Shown in pieces: positions 20,278 to 28,358 of a DNA stretch of 48,800 nucleotides. Made by a program: the position numbers and the translations under genes. The notes beneath the pieces are model-generated. The model saw only the letters and a list, made by a program, of their open reading frames with translations, was not told the DNA's origin and ran no database searches. The first letter of the stretch is position 1; each line of letters starts with the position of its first letter. This stretch comes from a virus (Duplodnaviria > Heunggongvirae > Uroviricota > Caudoviricetes). The stretch lies in the IMG/VR virus record IMGVR_UViG_3300045256_000127; one strand, 5' to 3'.

Positions 20278-22269
20278 TTAGGCCGACAGTTTTGTAATAT
20301 CGTCCTTCTTAACAAGCTTGATGGCATCACAGCCAGACAGCATGTCGAGGAGGATTTGGTTGTGCGTGGTGACGAAGACCTGCCGCTCTTTGGCGAGTTC
20401 GAAAATGAGGTTGTACACCCCGGTCACGCCCGCCCGGTCGATGCCGCCGCCCGTGATCTCGTCGAGAAAGACGATGGACGGGCAGGCACCCGAGTTGAGG
20501 GTCATGACGTAGGCGAACGCCTGCGACACGGCGAGGTTAATACGCCGCTTCTCGCCGTTGCTCATTGCGTAATAGTAAGCCTCGTTACCGTTTCTCTTGA
20601 TCGTCTCGTTCAACTCGCTGTCGAAGTTCACTTCGATCTTCGAGTCGATGAGGTACTGCATGCAGTAGGCGATGCGGCTGTTCAGCGACGGGATGATCCC
20701 ATCGACGACGTAACGCCGGATGCCCTTGTCGCCGAACGCCTCGTACCAGTATTCCAGGTACGGGATTTCGTCTTCGGCCGCTTTCAGTTCCACGCCCTTC
20801 TGCTTGCTGATCTCTTCCTGGTTGCGGATGTCGTCCCCGTACCGAGCGATGATCTCGGCATACGGCGACCCGCCACTCAATTCATCTTGCTTCGCTTTCA
20901 GTTGGTTCTTCAACCCGCTGATCTCTGCCTCCAGCCGGGCACTGGCCGCACCCGTGTCGGGCCGGACCATGCCGTTGATCTGGCCGATCTTCCGACGCAG
21001 CTTTTCCAACTCGACGGTCACGCCGTTGAGCCGCTGTTCGGCTTCACTGATGCCAGCCGTGATCTTCTGAACCTGGGCCACCTTCTCGTCGAACTGCTTC
21101 TTCAGGTCGGCCAGCACTGCCCGGTTCTTGGCGATCTTCGCCTCGGCCCCGGACACGCAGTTCCGCTCGTGCGTTAGCACGCTGCCGTAGTTCTCGACGG
21201 AGATCAGCCCGTGACAGACCCCGCACCGCTCGCCGGTTTCCAAACCTTCGAGCTTGATGATTTTACCCTTGCTGTTGTTCAACTCGACTTCGAACGCCTT
21301 GTTCTCGGCGACGAGCTTGCTCATCTCCGCTTGCAGGTCGTCTCGGCCGTTCCGGGCCGTGTCCAGCGACGGGCGTGCCTTCTCCAAGAGAGCAACGAGC
21401 TTCGTCTTGGCAACCTCGAACTTCTCGACGTTGGTTTCGAGTTCGGGCAGCTTGGCTTGTTCCGCTTCGTAGGTGACGAGGGCCGCACCGCCGTCGGCCA
21501 TCGCTTCGAGTTGCTTCTGCTTCTCGGCGATCTGCTTCGTCAGCGTGGAGATTTCGTAGTCCTTCGTCTTCTTCCAGGTGACTTCCTGGTCTTCCACCTT
21601 CTTGATCCGGGCGGTGATGGCGTCGATCTCGTTCTGGGAAGTTTCGTAGTCCTTAGTCAACTCCTTGACCTTCGCCTTCGCATCCTTCAGTTCGTCCTTC
21701 GTGTTCTCCAGGTACTCCCGGTAGCGGTCCAGCCCCAACAGGTTCTCGACGACCGTCCGCTTGCCCTCGGTGGTGAGTTCGAGGAACGAGTAAGCGTTGC
21801 TGTCGTCGAATACGACGACGTTACAGAATGCGGTGTGGCTCAGGCCGATGATCCGCTCGATTTCCTTCTGCGTCTCGGCCATCGTGCCTTTGGTGATCTC
21901 GCTGTTCTCGTCCCAGATGCGGTCCTTCGAGTGCCACAGTTTCAGCTTGTTCGGGTCACGCCCCCGCAGCACCCGGTAGTCGTCGAACTGAACTTCGACT
22001 TCGAGCCTACCCCGGTTCACGGTGTTGATGACGGTGGAGTTGTCCTGCTTCTTCTTGACGCACTTGCCGTAGAGGCAGTACGAGATGATGTCTTGCAGTG
22101 AAGACTTGCCCGCCCCGTTCGACGCCGGGACGGTATCCGTACCAGTGTCCAGGTTCACGCCGATGACTTCGACCACGCTGCCGTAGTCGTTGAAGTGTAA
22201 CTCAATCCCTTCGGGGCCGAAGCACAGGAAGTTCTTGGCTCGGGCGTAGTGGAACTTAAGGTTTCGCAT
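20278..22269 (-). CDS. SbcC/Rad50/gp46-like recombination ATPase
   Basis: NGAGKSS Walker A, coiled coil with CxxC hook (CGVC), MSNGEKRR signature and FLDE Walker B. Confidence 0.92.
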   Translation of the reverse strand: MRNLKFHYARAKNFLCFGPEGIELHFNDYGSVVEVIGVNLDTGTDTVPASNGAGKSSLQDIISYCLYGKCVKKKQDNSTVINTVNRGRLEVEVQFDDYRVLRGRDPNKLKLWHSKDRIWDENSEITKGTMAETQKEIERIIGLSHTAFCNVVVFDDSNAYSFLELTTEGKRTVVENLLGLDRYREYLENTKDELKDAKAKVKELTKDYETSQNEIDAITARIKKVEDQEVTWKKTKDYEISTLTKQIAEKQKQLEAMADGGAALVTYEAEQAKLPELETNVEKFEVAKTKLVALLEKARPSLDTARNGRDDLQAEMSKLVAENKAFEVELNNSKGKIIKLEGLETGERCGVCHGLISVENYGSVLTHERNCVSGAEAKIAKNRAVLADLKKQFDEKVAQVQKITAGISEAEQRLNGVTVELEKLRRKIGQINGMVRPDTGAASARLEAEISGLKNQLKAKQDELSGGSPYAEIIARYGDDIRNQEEISKQKGVELKAAEDEIPYLEYWYEAFGDKGIRRYVVDGIIPSLNSRIAYCMQYLIDSKIEVNFDSELNETIKRNGNEAYYYAMSNGEKRRINLAVSQAFAYVMTLNSGACPSIVFLDEITGGGIDRAGVTGVYNLIFELAKERQVFVTTHNQILLDMLSGCDAIKLVKKDDITKLSA

Positions 22270-23098
22270 TTGCTCCCTCCGTGGAGTCTTGTAGTGTATC
22301 AGAAATCCCGTGGTGTTTCAGCAGCGCATCTGCAAATTCCAACCGATCCCATTGATGAACAACGCAGTACGGACCTTCCCGGCGTTGCACTATACCATCC
22401 TTAAACTCCACGTCCAGCGGCACATGCAACTCCCGCCGTACTTTAACACCCTCCCCGGTCAGGCAGATGCCGCTGTTGTACGGGTCGATCATCCGGTAGC
22501 GGGTATCTTCCTTAATCCATTGCCAGAGGTAATTTAAGGAAGCCTGATCCGTACAGCGGCCGATGGTTTTGACACCCAAAAGCCAGATGTTAAGGAACAA
22601 GTCAGCAAGGTGCTTGGCGTTTCCAAACATCGTGCCCCCGTTCAGTACCGGCCGGTCGCCCATGTCGATCTTGAACTCGGCGACGTTCCGCTGGAACTCG
22701 AACTGCTCGATGGTGTTGAATCCGCTGGCGGCGTGCTTGAACCCCTCGCAAACGACGTAGGCCAGATCGTCCCGCAGGAATTCGAGCGGGTCTTCTTGGA
22801 ACAGCACGTCACGAGAGTCGGTGACTACCGCATGCGTGTAGAGGTAGTCCATCCTCTTGATCCACTGGCAGTAGTGCAGGTGACGATCCCGCATCACGAA
22901 ATGAACGTCTTTGCAGCGGACGACGTGGAAGCCCTCGGCCTTGATCCACCGCTCCGTCAACTCCGACATGTCATGAGTGAAAACGAACCTGTCGTATCCC
23001 GACAGGTTCTTGGCCGTCTTCATGTAAAGACGAAAGCCAGCGGAGGAGCAGAACTCGTCCCCGCTGGCCCAGGTGAGCATTACTTTTTTGTTACGCAT
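22256..23098 (-). CDS. putative GT-A fold glycosyltransferase-like protein
   Basis: VTDSRDVLFQEDP, LNGG and DQASLN motifs. Confidence 0.5.
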   Translation of the reverse strand: MRNKKVMLTWASGDEFCSSAGFRLYMKTAKNLSGYDRFVFTHDMSELTERWIKAEGFHVVRCKDVHFVMRDRHLHYCQWIKRMDYLYTHAVVTDSRDVLFQEDPLEFLRDDLAYVVCEGFKHAASGFNTIEQFEFQRNVAEFKIDMGDRPVLNGGTMFGNAKHLADLFLNIWLLGVKTIGRCTDQASLNYLWQWIKEDTRYRMIDPYNSGICLTGEGVKVRRELHVPLDVEFKDGIVQRREGPYCVVHQWDRLEFADALLKHHGISDTLQDSTEGANAKP

Positions 23099-24150
23099 AG
23101 TCGCAATCCCATTGCCTTCAGCCGAGCAGCATCCATGCCCGCTGGAACGCCCTTGTGCTTCATGTAGTTTTCAATCGTCTCTTCTTCGTTGAGGAGCATC
23201 GCCTTCGCCCCCTCGACGATGGTGCGGTCCTCTTCGACCTTCTTGTCCTTCTGCTTGAAGTCCAGCGAGCCGAGTTGGAAATCGGCCGACAGCTTCCGCT
23301 TCAGGTCGGTCAGGTCTTTCTTGCCCATGTCGTCCACGACGATGCGGACGAAGTTTTTGTTCAGGTCGTAGGCGGCGACATCATCCGGGCTGAGGATCAA
23401 GTGCTTCGGCGAGAAGTCGTTCTTGATGTACTCCGTCTCCAGCGTGTCGAGATCGAGGATGGCGATGTGCTTCTCCTCGAAGCTCTCGCCGAAGTTCAGT
23501 TGCAGCGGGCTGCCCAGGTATTCGACCCGCTCGTCAACGTGCTGGGCACCGTGGTAGTGACCGAGGATGACCCGCTCCCACGGCTTGAACTGATCGACAC
23601 TGACGGGCACCATGTCGTTGTCATATTCCACAATCACGTCGGACTTCGTTCCGTAAAGCTTGTTCAGCTTCGCCCCGTGGACGGCCATGTGCCCGAGCAA
23701 CAGCCGACCGGGCTTGTCCCGCAGCTTGCCGAGTTCCTTCATCGGGTTCTCGGCGTGCGGGCAGAAGTCTACGGCGAGGCCGTCGATGACTTCGTGAACG
23801 GGGCTGTCGATGATCCTGATCTTGGGAATGGCAGTGAGGGGCTTCACTGAGTTAATGTCCCACTTCTCCTTGTGGTACATGTCGTGGTTGCCGATCAGTA
23901 GCACCACGTCGAACTCCGGCTTACGGAGCAGCATGTACTCCATGAAGACTTCGAAGGTGAGCAGGTAGTTCCGCACGTCGATCTTGGCCCGCTCGTGGAA
24001 CAAGTCCCCGAGGAACCAGACGTGCTGGATTTTCCGCTCGTAGGCCGTGTCAAAAACCCAGCGGAGCGCCGTCAGGCAGTCCTGAAGACGCTCCACAGTG
24101 TCCTTGTGCGAATGAATATGCAAATCGGAAAAAAGCAACGCCTTAGACAT
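23080..24150 (-). CDS. SbcD/Mre11/gp47-like metallophosphoesterase nuclease
   Basis: SDLH, GDLFH, GNHD and GHYH motifs; paired with the SbcC-like gene. Confidence 0.92.
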   Translation of the reverse strand: MSKALLFSDLHIHSHKDTVERLQDCLTALRWVFDTAYERKIQHVWFLGDLFHERAKIDVRNYLLTFEVFMEYMLLRKPEFDVVLLIGNHDMYHKEKWDINSVKPLTAIPKIRIIDSPVHEVIDGLAVDFCPHAENPMKELGKLRDKPGRLLLGHMAVHGAKLNKLYGTKSDVIVEYDNDMVPVSVDQFKPWERVILGHYHGAQHVDERVEYLGSPLQLNFGESFEEKHIAILDLDTLETEYIKNDFSPKHLILSPDDVAAYDLNKNFVRIVVDDMGKKDLTDLKRKLSADFQLGSLDFKQKDKKVEEDRTIVEGAKAMLLNEEETIENYMKHKGVPAGMDAARLKAMGLRLCVTKK

Positions 24151-24709
24151 CCTTGTCTCCCCAGATTATTTTGAACGGAAGCTTCCCATGCTTCAGTTCT
24201 AGGTAGTGTATCGAGTTACACGGCTTACACAAGAGTTCAAGATCATCTACGGGTCGTTCGCCATCCATGATCTTCTTGTAAAGCTTCATGTTGCTATTCC
24301 CGTTTCGCTTGTACTCTTGGGCACCGCCTCCGTTTATGTGGTTGATTTCTAAACACTCAGCCATGTCGCAACCACAACGAACACAGACAAGAGGTTTACC
24401 ATTCGCAACCTTCTCAAGCAACTTGAGACGTTGCTTTTTATTGGTTGCCTTCCAGATTTCCTTATATCTTTCTGGATTGCGTGTGATCCAGTTCTTTTGT
24501 AGTTGCTTGTCTCGTTCAGGGTTTTTCTTACGCCACTCAAGTCGCTTCTGGATCAGGACTTCTTTGTTCTCTTCGTAATACTGCCGTTGTCGTTTCTGTT
24601 GGCACTCTCGGCACACTGCCTGCTTACCGTGTTTCCCTTTGGCGGCGTTATTGAATGCGTCGAGAGGCAGTTCCTCTTTGCAATCAGTACACTCTTTTGA
24701 GATATTCAT
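24143..24709 (-). CDS. HNH endonuclease (probable homing type)
   Basis: N-terminal CxxC...CxxC, then CVRCG...INHINGG...LLCKPCN; visibly AT-richer than neighbours. Confidence 0.75.
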   Translation of the reverse strand: MNISKECTDCKEELPLDAFNNAAKGKHGKQAVCRECQQKRQRQYYEENKEVLIQKRLEWRKKNPERDKQLQKNWITRNPERYKEIWKATNKKQRLKLLEKVANGKPLVCVRCGCDMAECLEINHINGGGAQEYKRNGNSNMKLYKKIMDGERPVDDLELLCKPCNSIHYLELKHGKLPFKIIWGDKDV

Positions 24710-24757
24710 GCGTTCTCCTAAATGTCGCAGAATATCTAAGTAGCTCGTCCGACCTTT

Positions 24758-25054
24758 TCAGGAACATTCTGTAAATTTCATGTCGCCGGGCTGTGGTGGT
24801 TCAATAACAAGTGGTCCGTAGACGCCGTTTACCCACGCCAGGGCGAGGCGAACTTCTCCCCAGATGTTCTGCACAGCAAAGGCGTCAGGGTGGAGAGAGC
24901 GGATCGGGTTATCTTGCTCAACTCTGACTAGACCACGACCTTCCATCTTACCGTTTCCGGCGTAAGTCCAGTTGAGGATTTGTGGGTTCACTAAACAAGG
25001 GCGTGTCTTGTTGTCGATCTGGGCGTATGGAATTGAGTTGCGTTCGTTGCTCAT
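24758..25054 (-). CDS. hypothetical protein
   Basis: ORF track. Confidence 0.55.
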   Translation of the reverse strand: MSNERNSIPYAQIDNKTRPCLVNPQILNWTYAGNGKMEGRGLVRVEQDNPIRSLHPDAFAVQNIWGEVRLALAWVNGVYGPLVIEPPQPGDMKFTECS

Positions 25055-25087
25055 CCTTGAGCTTCCTTTCGTTCCTAAAGAACGTTG

Positions 25088-25438
25088 TTATTGCATCAGG
25101 TGTTTCTGCCCGGCAGGTTGTTTTACTACGTCCCCGCCCTTTTTGCCACCCTTTTTGCCGCCGCCCTCAAGGACTTCAGCAATGGCATCCCAGGCCGAGA
25201 CGGATTTCATCTTGGTCAACTGGCTTTGAGTAATGGGACCACCGCCGCCACCACCCATACCGCCGCCCATCCCGCCCATCGGATCGCCACCGGGGCCACC
25301 CATCGGAGGCGCACCGCCCATAGGCGGGGCACCGCCCGGCCCTCCCATCGGAGGCGGCGGACCACCGGGACCAGCACCGCCCGGAGGCATGCCGCCCATC
25401 ATGTCATCTTCTTTAAGTAACCACTCTCTGAATCGCAT
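25088..25438 (-). CDS. Gly/Pro/Met-rich low-complexity protein with internal-protein-like N-terminus (MRFREWLLKED)
   Basis: Repeated PMGG units; TATATA 4 nt upstream. Confidence 0.65.
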   Translation of the reverse strand: MRFREWLLKEDDMMGGMPPGGAGPGGPPPPMGGPGGAPPMGGAPPMGGPGGDPMGGMGGGMGGGGGGPITQSQLTKMKSVSAWDAIAEVLEGGGKKGGKKGGDVVKQPAGQKHLMQ

Positions 25439-25477
25439 GCCATATATACCGCAGGAACTTCTTCTTTCAAGGTGGCT

Positions 25478-26248
25478 ATGCCCTATTCCGATGAAGAAAT
25501 GACGAGGTACGATGCCTACGTCGTTAGCTTAGAGGAGGCCACGGAGTCGGCAAAAGGGAAGATCAGGTCATTGGGTAAGATAGAGTCGGGACTGGAAATC
25601 TTCCGCATCGACGTGAACCCGGACGCCGAGGCGACCATGTGCGTCGGGGCGACGATCCACGGCAACGAGCCGTCCGGGGCGTTGGGCGTAGTGGAATACC
25701 TGAAGCTGGGTGTCGTCCCGGCCGACATCCACCTGATTGTCCTGCCGTTAATGAACCCCCACGGGTTCCTGAAGGACAACCGCTACACTGAGGGCAGGTT
25801 CGACCTGAACCGCTCTTTCAGGGCCAAAACGCCGCCGCCCGAGACGAAGATGATTCGGGAAACCCTGTCCGAGCAGAAGATCGACTTCCTGCTGAGCATG
25901 CACGAGGACAGCGAGTCGGCCGACTTTTACCTCTACGTCCCGGACTGCGTGACACCGACTGCTACCCGCCCTCTGCTCAAGCTGGCCGGGAAACACTTCC
26001 CGGTGAAGCCGGACGGCCTGTTCCGAGACGAGACGGTCAAGAGCGGGATGATCTCGTTTTCGGACCTGAACACCGCCACCCACAACATGAAGAGTTTCGA
26101 GTTCTGGGTGCGAAAGACCCACAAGTGTCCGTACATCTGCACGGAAATCCCGACCAAGTTTGAGCTTGCGAAGCGGGTGGCCTGTGCAAAAGGGCTAGTC
26201 CACTGGTGCGTCGGGAAGCACTTCCCGAAAATCTGCAAAAAGAAGTGA
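25478..26248 (+). CDS. M14 zinc carboxypeptidase / succinylglutamate desuccinylase family protein
   Basis: IHGNE (HxxE), NPHG...DLNRSF, LSMHED and a distal catalytic Glu region (CTEIP). Confidence 0.85.
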   Translation: MPYSDEEMTRYDAYVVSLEEATESAKGKIRSLGKIESGLEIFRIDVNPDAEATMCVGATIHGNEPSGALGVVEYLKLGVVPADIHLIVLPLMNPHGFLKDNRYTEGRFDLNRSFRAKTPPPETKMIRETLSEQKIDFLLSMHEDSESADFYLYVPDCVTPTATRPLLKLAGKHFPVKPDGLFRDETVKSGMISFSDLNTATHNMKSFEFWVRKTHKCPYICTEIPTKFELAKRVACAKGLVHWCVGKHFPKICKKK

Positions 26249-26384
26249 ACCTCGGGCCGTGCCCCGTGTCTATGGTGGTGAGCGGGCCGCTCGTGCGGCA
26301 GTCACGGCAGCAGTTTTTGAGGGCTTACGACGATGCGGCTGATCCTCTGTGTTTCGGTTCCGAACTCCAACACACAGAGGGTCT

Positions 26385-26516
26385 ATGGGAAAAGCCAAAA
26401 CGTCGAAGCGAACTTGGTCGCAAGACCGTAAGAACCGATCCGCCAAGCGTCCCTGGAAGCGGAAGACGTGGTGGACGATCAACGGGCGATACCGCCGGGT
26501 TCGCTCGGTCCAGTAG
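26385..26516 (+). CDS. small basic protein (43 aa)
   Basis: MGKAKTSKRTWSQDRKNRSAKRPWKRKTWWTINGRYRRVRSVQ; GAGGGT RBS; too short for the ORF track. Confidence 0.5.
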   Translation: MGKAKTSKRTWSQDRKNRSAKRPWKRKTWWTINGRYRRVRSVQ

Positions 26517-26552
26517 GGCGAGCGGAATTTCGGAAAAAATCTGAAAAGCCGC

Positions 26553-26581
26553 TTGCAAAAAAAATGTGTGGGGTCTATATT
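26553..26581 (+). promoter_or_regulatory. sigma70-type promoter
   Basis: TTGCAA-17 nt-TATATT with an upstream A-tract. Confidence 0.75.
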
Positions 26582-26611
26582 ACCTTACACAACAACCGGA
26601 GCGTGTTCGTC

Positions 26612-26686
26612 ATGCGTGCTTATTCGTTTAGTCTGTCATACTTGTCCTCGCTGCTTGCCAGCGGGCATAGGACTTTTACAGACTAA
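26612..26686 (+). CDS. attenuator leader peptide MRAYSFSLSYLSSLLASGHRTFTD
   Basis: GGAG RBS at 26598-26601; 12 consecutive Tyr/Ser/Phe/Leu codons. Confidence 0.8.
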   Translation: MRAYSFSLSYLSSLLASGHRTFTD

Positions 26687-26760
26687 GCGGAGCTAGAAGC
26701 CGCAGTAGGGTGCAGAAAGCCCTGCGAGTCTGTAAAAGGACTCGCAGGGCTTTTTCTTTT
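26623..26760 (+). promoter_or_regulatory. ribosome-mediated transcription attenuator (1:2, 2:3 antiterminator, 3:4 terminator)
   Basis: 1:2 = 26623-26636/26678-26691; 2:3 = 26673-26684/26727-26738 (12 perfect bp); 3:4 = 26716-26730/26739-26753 followed by a U-tract. Confidence 0.85.
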
Positions 26761-26768
26761 GGTACTCT

Positions 26769-27092
26769 ATGGGCAACTGGCAGATAGGACGACGGCGTAC
26801 CGGGATCGTGTACGACTACAATTGGGACGGACAGTTTGCGAAGGAAAGATGGAACGCCTTCGACAAGCGATACTGGAACAGGTGGCGGCGACGGGGTTGG
26901 AAAGAGGAGTTGAAAAACCTTGTTGACACCGCCTGGGAGGATGTGGTAGAAGTTGAAGATCAACATCGGCAGGAGAGCCGTGATGTTAACGATCTTCAAG
27001 ACGACCACGGGCAAGGAAGTGGACATCGACAGGCTCAAGGCGAGCGATCTGTCGAAAAAGCCGAACCTGGGATCAAGGAAATTGCTCTTTGA
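26769..27092 (+). CDS. hypothetical Trp/Arg-rich protein
   Basis: First ORF after the attenuator; C-terminal third overlaps the next gene. Confidence 0.5.
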   Translation: MGNWQIGRRRTGIVYDYNWDGQFAKERWNAFDKRYWNRWRRRGWKEELKNLVDTAWEDVVEVEDQHRQESRDVNDLQDDHGQGSGHRQAQGERSVEKAEPGIKEIAL

Positions 27093-27213
27093 TGACGGGT
27101 CGGAGATGTACCTGAGCGAGAGCGAGTTCGAAGAAGTCGCCGCCCAAGTGCATCGCTACTACCTTGCACGACGGATGAAGCAGAGGGTCTTTGACAACAC
27201 GGTGTTTCCGTAA
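26983..27213 (+). CDS. hypothetical protein
   Basis: AGGAG RBS, ATG at 26983. Confidence 0.65.
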   Translation: MLTIFKTTTGKEVDIDRLKASDLSKKPNLGSRKLLFDDGSEMYLSESEFEEVAAQVHRYYLARRMKQRVFDNTVFP

Positions 27214-27249
27214 TAAAGTCCCGACCGGCATTAGGTCGAGTCGGGCAAC

Positions 27250-27335
27250 GGGTGCTGATCCACACGCCTGTCTGTAAAACAGGTGCCATTACTCTGTGTG
27301 GTGGTCGGCGAGAGGTTCAATTCCTCCAGTACCCA
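27250..27335 (+). tRNA. non-canonical tRNA-Tyr(GTA)-like gene, 8/4 fold, no D-arm
   Basis: Acceptor GGGTGCTG/CAGTACCC, anticodon arm CCTGT-CTGTAAA-ACAGG, T-arm GAGG-TTCAATT-CCTC; only 9 nt in the D region. Confidence 0.6.
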
Positions 27336-27432
27336 CTGACGATCCGGGAATTCACGGTCGTCTATAGCTGATCTACCATGTTGTAGAAACAGTACCCCTT
27401 GCCGTTAGTGAAGAACTGGCGGCAGGAGCTTT

Positions 27433-27513
27433 GAGCGTACTTCTTAGTGGGATAAGACCCAGGCTGTAACCCTGGTGCCATTTGGCTAAGCGGTTCGATT
27501 CCGTATACGCTCA
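27433..27513 (+). tRNA. tRNA-Tyr(GTA)
   Basis: Acceptor GAGCGTA/TACGCTC, CCAGG-CTGTAAC-CCTGG, long variable arm, TTCGATT loop. Confidence 0.8.
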
Positions 27514-27516
27514 CTC

Positions 27517-27664
27517 GGTTTGGTGACGGAAGGGCAGACGTGCCAGTAGCCGCAAGGCTGTTGTTTCGGCAAAACCTCGTCTCCGCAAGGAGAATGCCGT
27601 TCGGAACTACATGTAAAACTGGTGTGCCGAAAGGTGCGTGTTGGTTCGAATCCAACCCAAGCCG
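27517..27664 (+). tRNA. tRNA-Tyr(GTA)-like gene with 63-nt structured insert in the anticodon arm
   Basis: Intact acceptor, D, variable and T arms; CCAGT-[insert 27548-27610]-ATGTAAA-ACTGG. Confidence 0.7.
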
Positions 27665-27669
27665 GAAAT

Positions 27670-27798
27670 GTGGCGGTAGCTCAATTGGTAGAGCGCTAAA
27701 AGCGTCTATACACCTACTGGTCTTCGCAAGAAGAATGCTCCGTATGGATTACATCCATGAAAAGGAAGAGGTTGCAGGTTCGAGTCCTGCCCGCCACA
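27670..27798 (+). tRNA. tRNA-Phe(GAA)-like gene with 56-nt insert in the anticodon stem
   Basis: Canonical acceptor, D and T arms; removing 27698-27753 gives CTTCC-ATGAAAA-GGAAG. Confidence 0.7.
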
Positions 27799-27818
27799 CT
27801 TGATTAAGAAGGGTAGAG

Positions 27819-28031
27819 ATGGTAAACTTCTACGTCTATATGGTTCGGGATAAGAACTCCGGCAGGTGGCACAATTGGGGTGGCCTGACCGAGTGGTATC
27901 CCGACACCGCCCAGGGCGGGACGTGGTGGTACAAGAAGGAAGAGGCCGAGAAGTTTGCGGCCGAATACCCAAAGGAAACAGGCATTGATGCGGAAGTGGT
28001 CACGGTCCACGTCTGCGAGATGCCTAAGTGA
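27819..28031 (+). CDS. hypothetical protein
   Basis: ORF between tRNA genes, with RBS. Confidence 0.65.
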   Translation: MVNFYVYMVRDKNSGRWHNWGGLTEWYPDTAQGGTWWYKKEEAEKFAAEYPKETGIDAEVVTVHVCEMPK

Positions 28032-28034
28032 CAC

Positions 28035-28121
28035 GGAGACTTGGCAGAGTGGCTTAATGCACCTGTCTTGAAAACAGGCGACCCCGCAAGGGGTCCGGGG
28101 GTTCGAATCCCTCAGTCTCCG
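28035..28121 (+). tRNA. tRNA-Ser(TGA)
   Basis: Canonical class II cloverleaf, CCTGT-CTTGAAA-ACAGG, G73. Confidence 0.95.
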
Positions 28122-28126
28122 CTCTT

Positions 28127-28216
28127 GGAAGATGAACCGGGCAGGCGTACCGGCACCGTTTCGAAAACGGTTGGCACCCTTGAATGTGGTGTGGGGATCG
28201 ATACCTCCGTCTTCCG
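28127..28216 (+). tRNA. tRNA-Ser(CGA), 8/4 type
   Basis: GGAAGATG/CGTCTTCC acceptor, 4-bp T stem, loop TTCGAAA, long variable arm, G73. Confidence 0.8.
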
Positions 28217-28222
28217 CTTTAC

Positions 28223-28312
28223 GGAAGGTAAAACAGACAGGCGCACTGTCATCGTTTGCTAAACGATTGGCACCCTTTAATGTGGTGTGAGGTTCGAGTC
28301 CTCTGCCTTCCG
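28223..28312 (+). tRNA. tRNA-Ser(GCT), 8/4 type
   Basis: GGAAGGTA/TGCCTTCC acceptor, GAGG/CCTC T stem, loop TTGCTAA. Confidence 0.82.
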
Positions 28313-28358
28313 CTCAAGAAAAACGGCGAGCTTTTTCTCGACCCTACTATGTTAGGGA

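Noticed and set aside
17904-22101. Long plus-strand ORFs (17904..19436, 20062..21177, 21211..22101) and similar antisense ORFs elsewhere
   Set aside because: They shadow well-supported minus-strand genes (nrdJ, sbcC-like) and have no motifs. Such ORFs are expected in GC-rich coding DNA.
26690-26760. T-box riboswitch interpretation of the leader
   Set aside because: No UGGN-ACC T-box bulge or Stem I specifier is visible. The translated leader and 1:2/2:3/3:4 pairing explain the region better.
27548-27753. tRNA inserts as group I, group II or archaeal BHB introns
   Set aside because: 56-63 nt is too short for self-splicing intron cores and no BHB motif is evident; kept as unclassified inserts.
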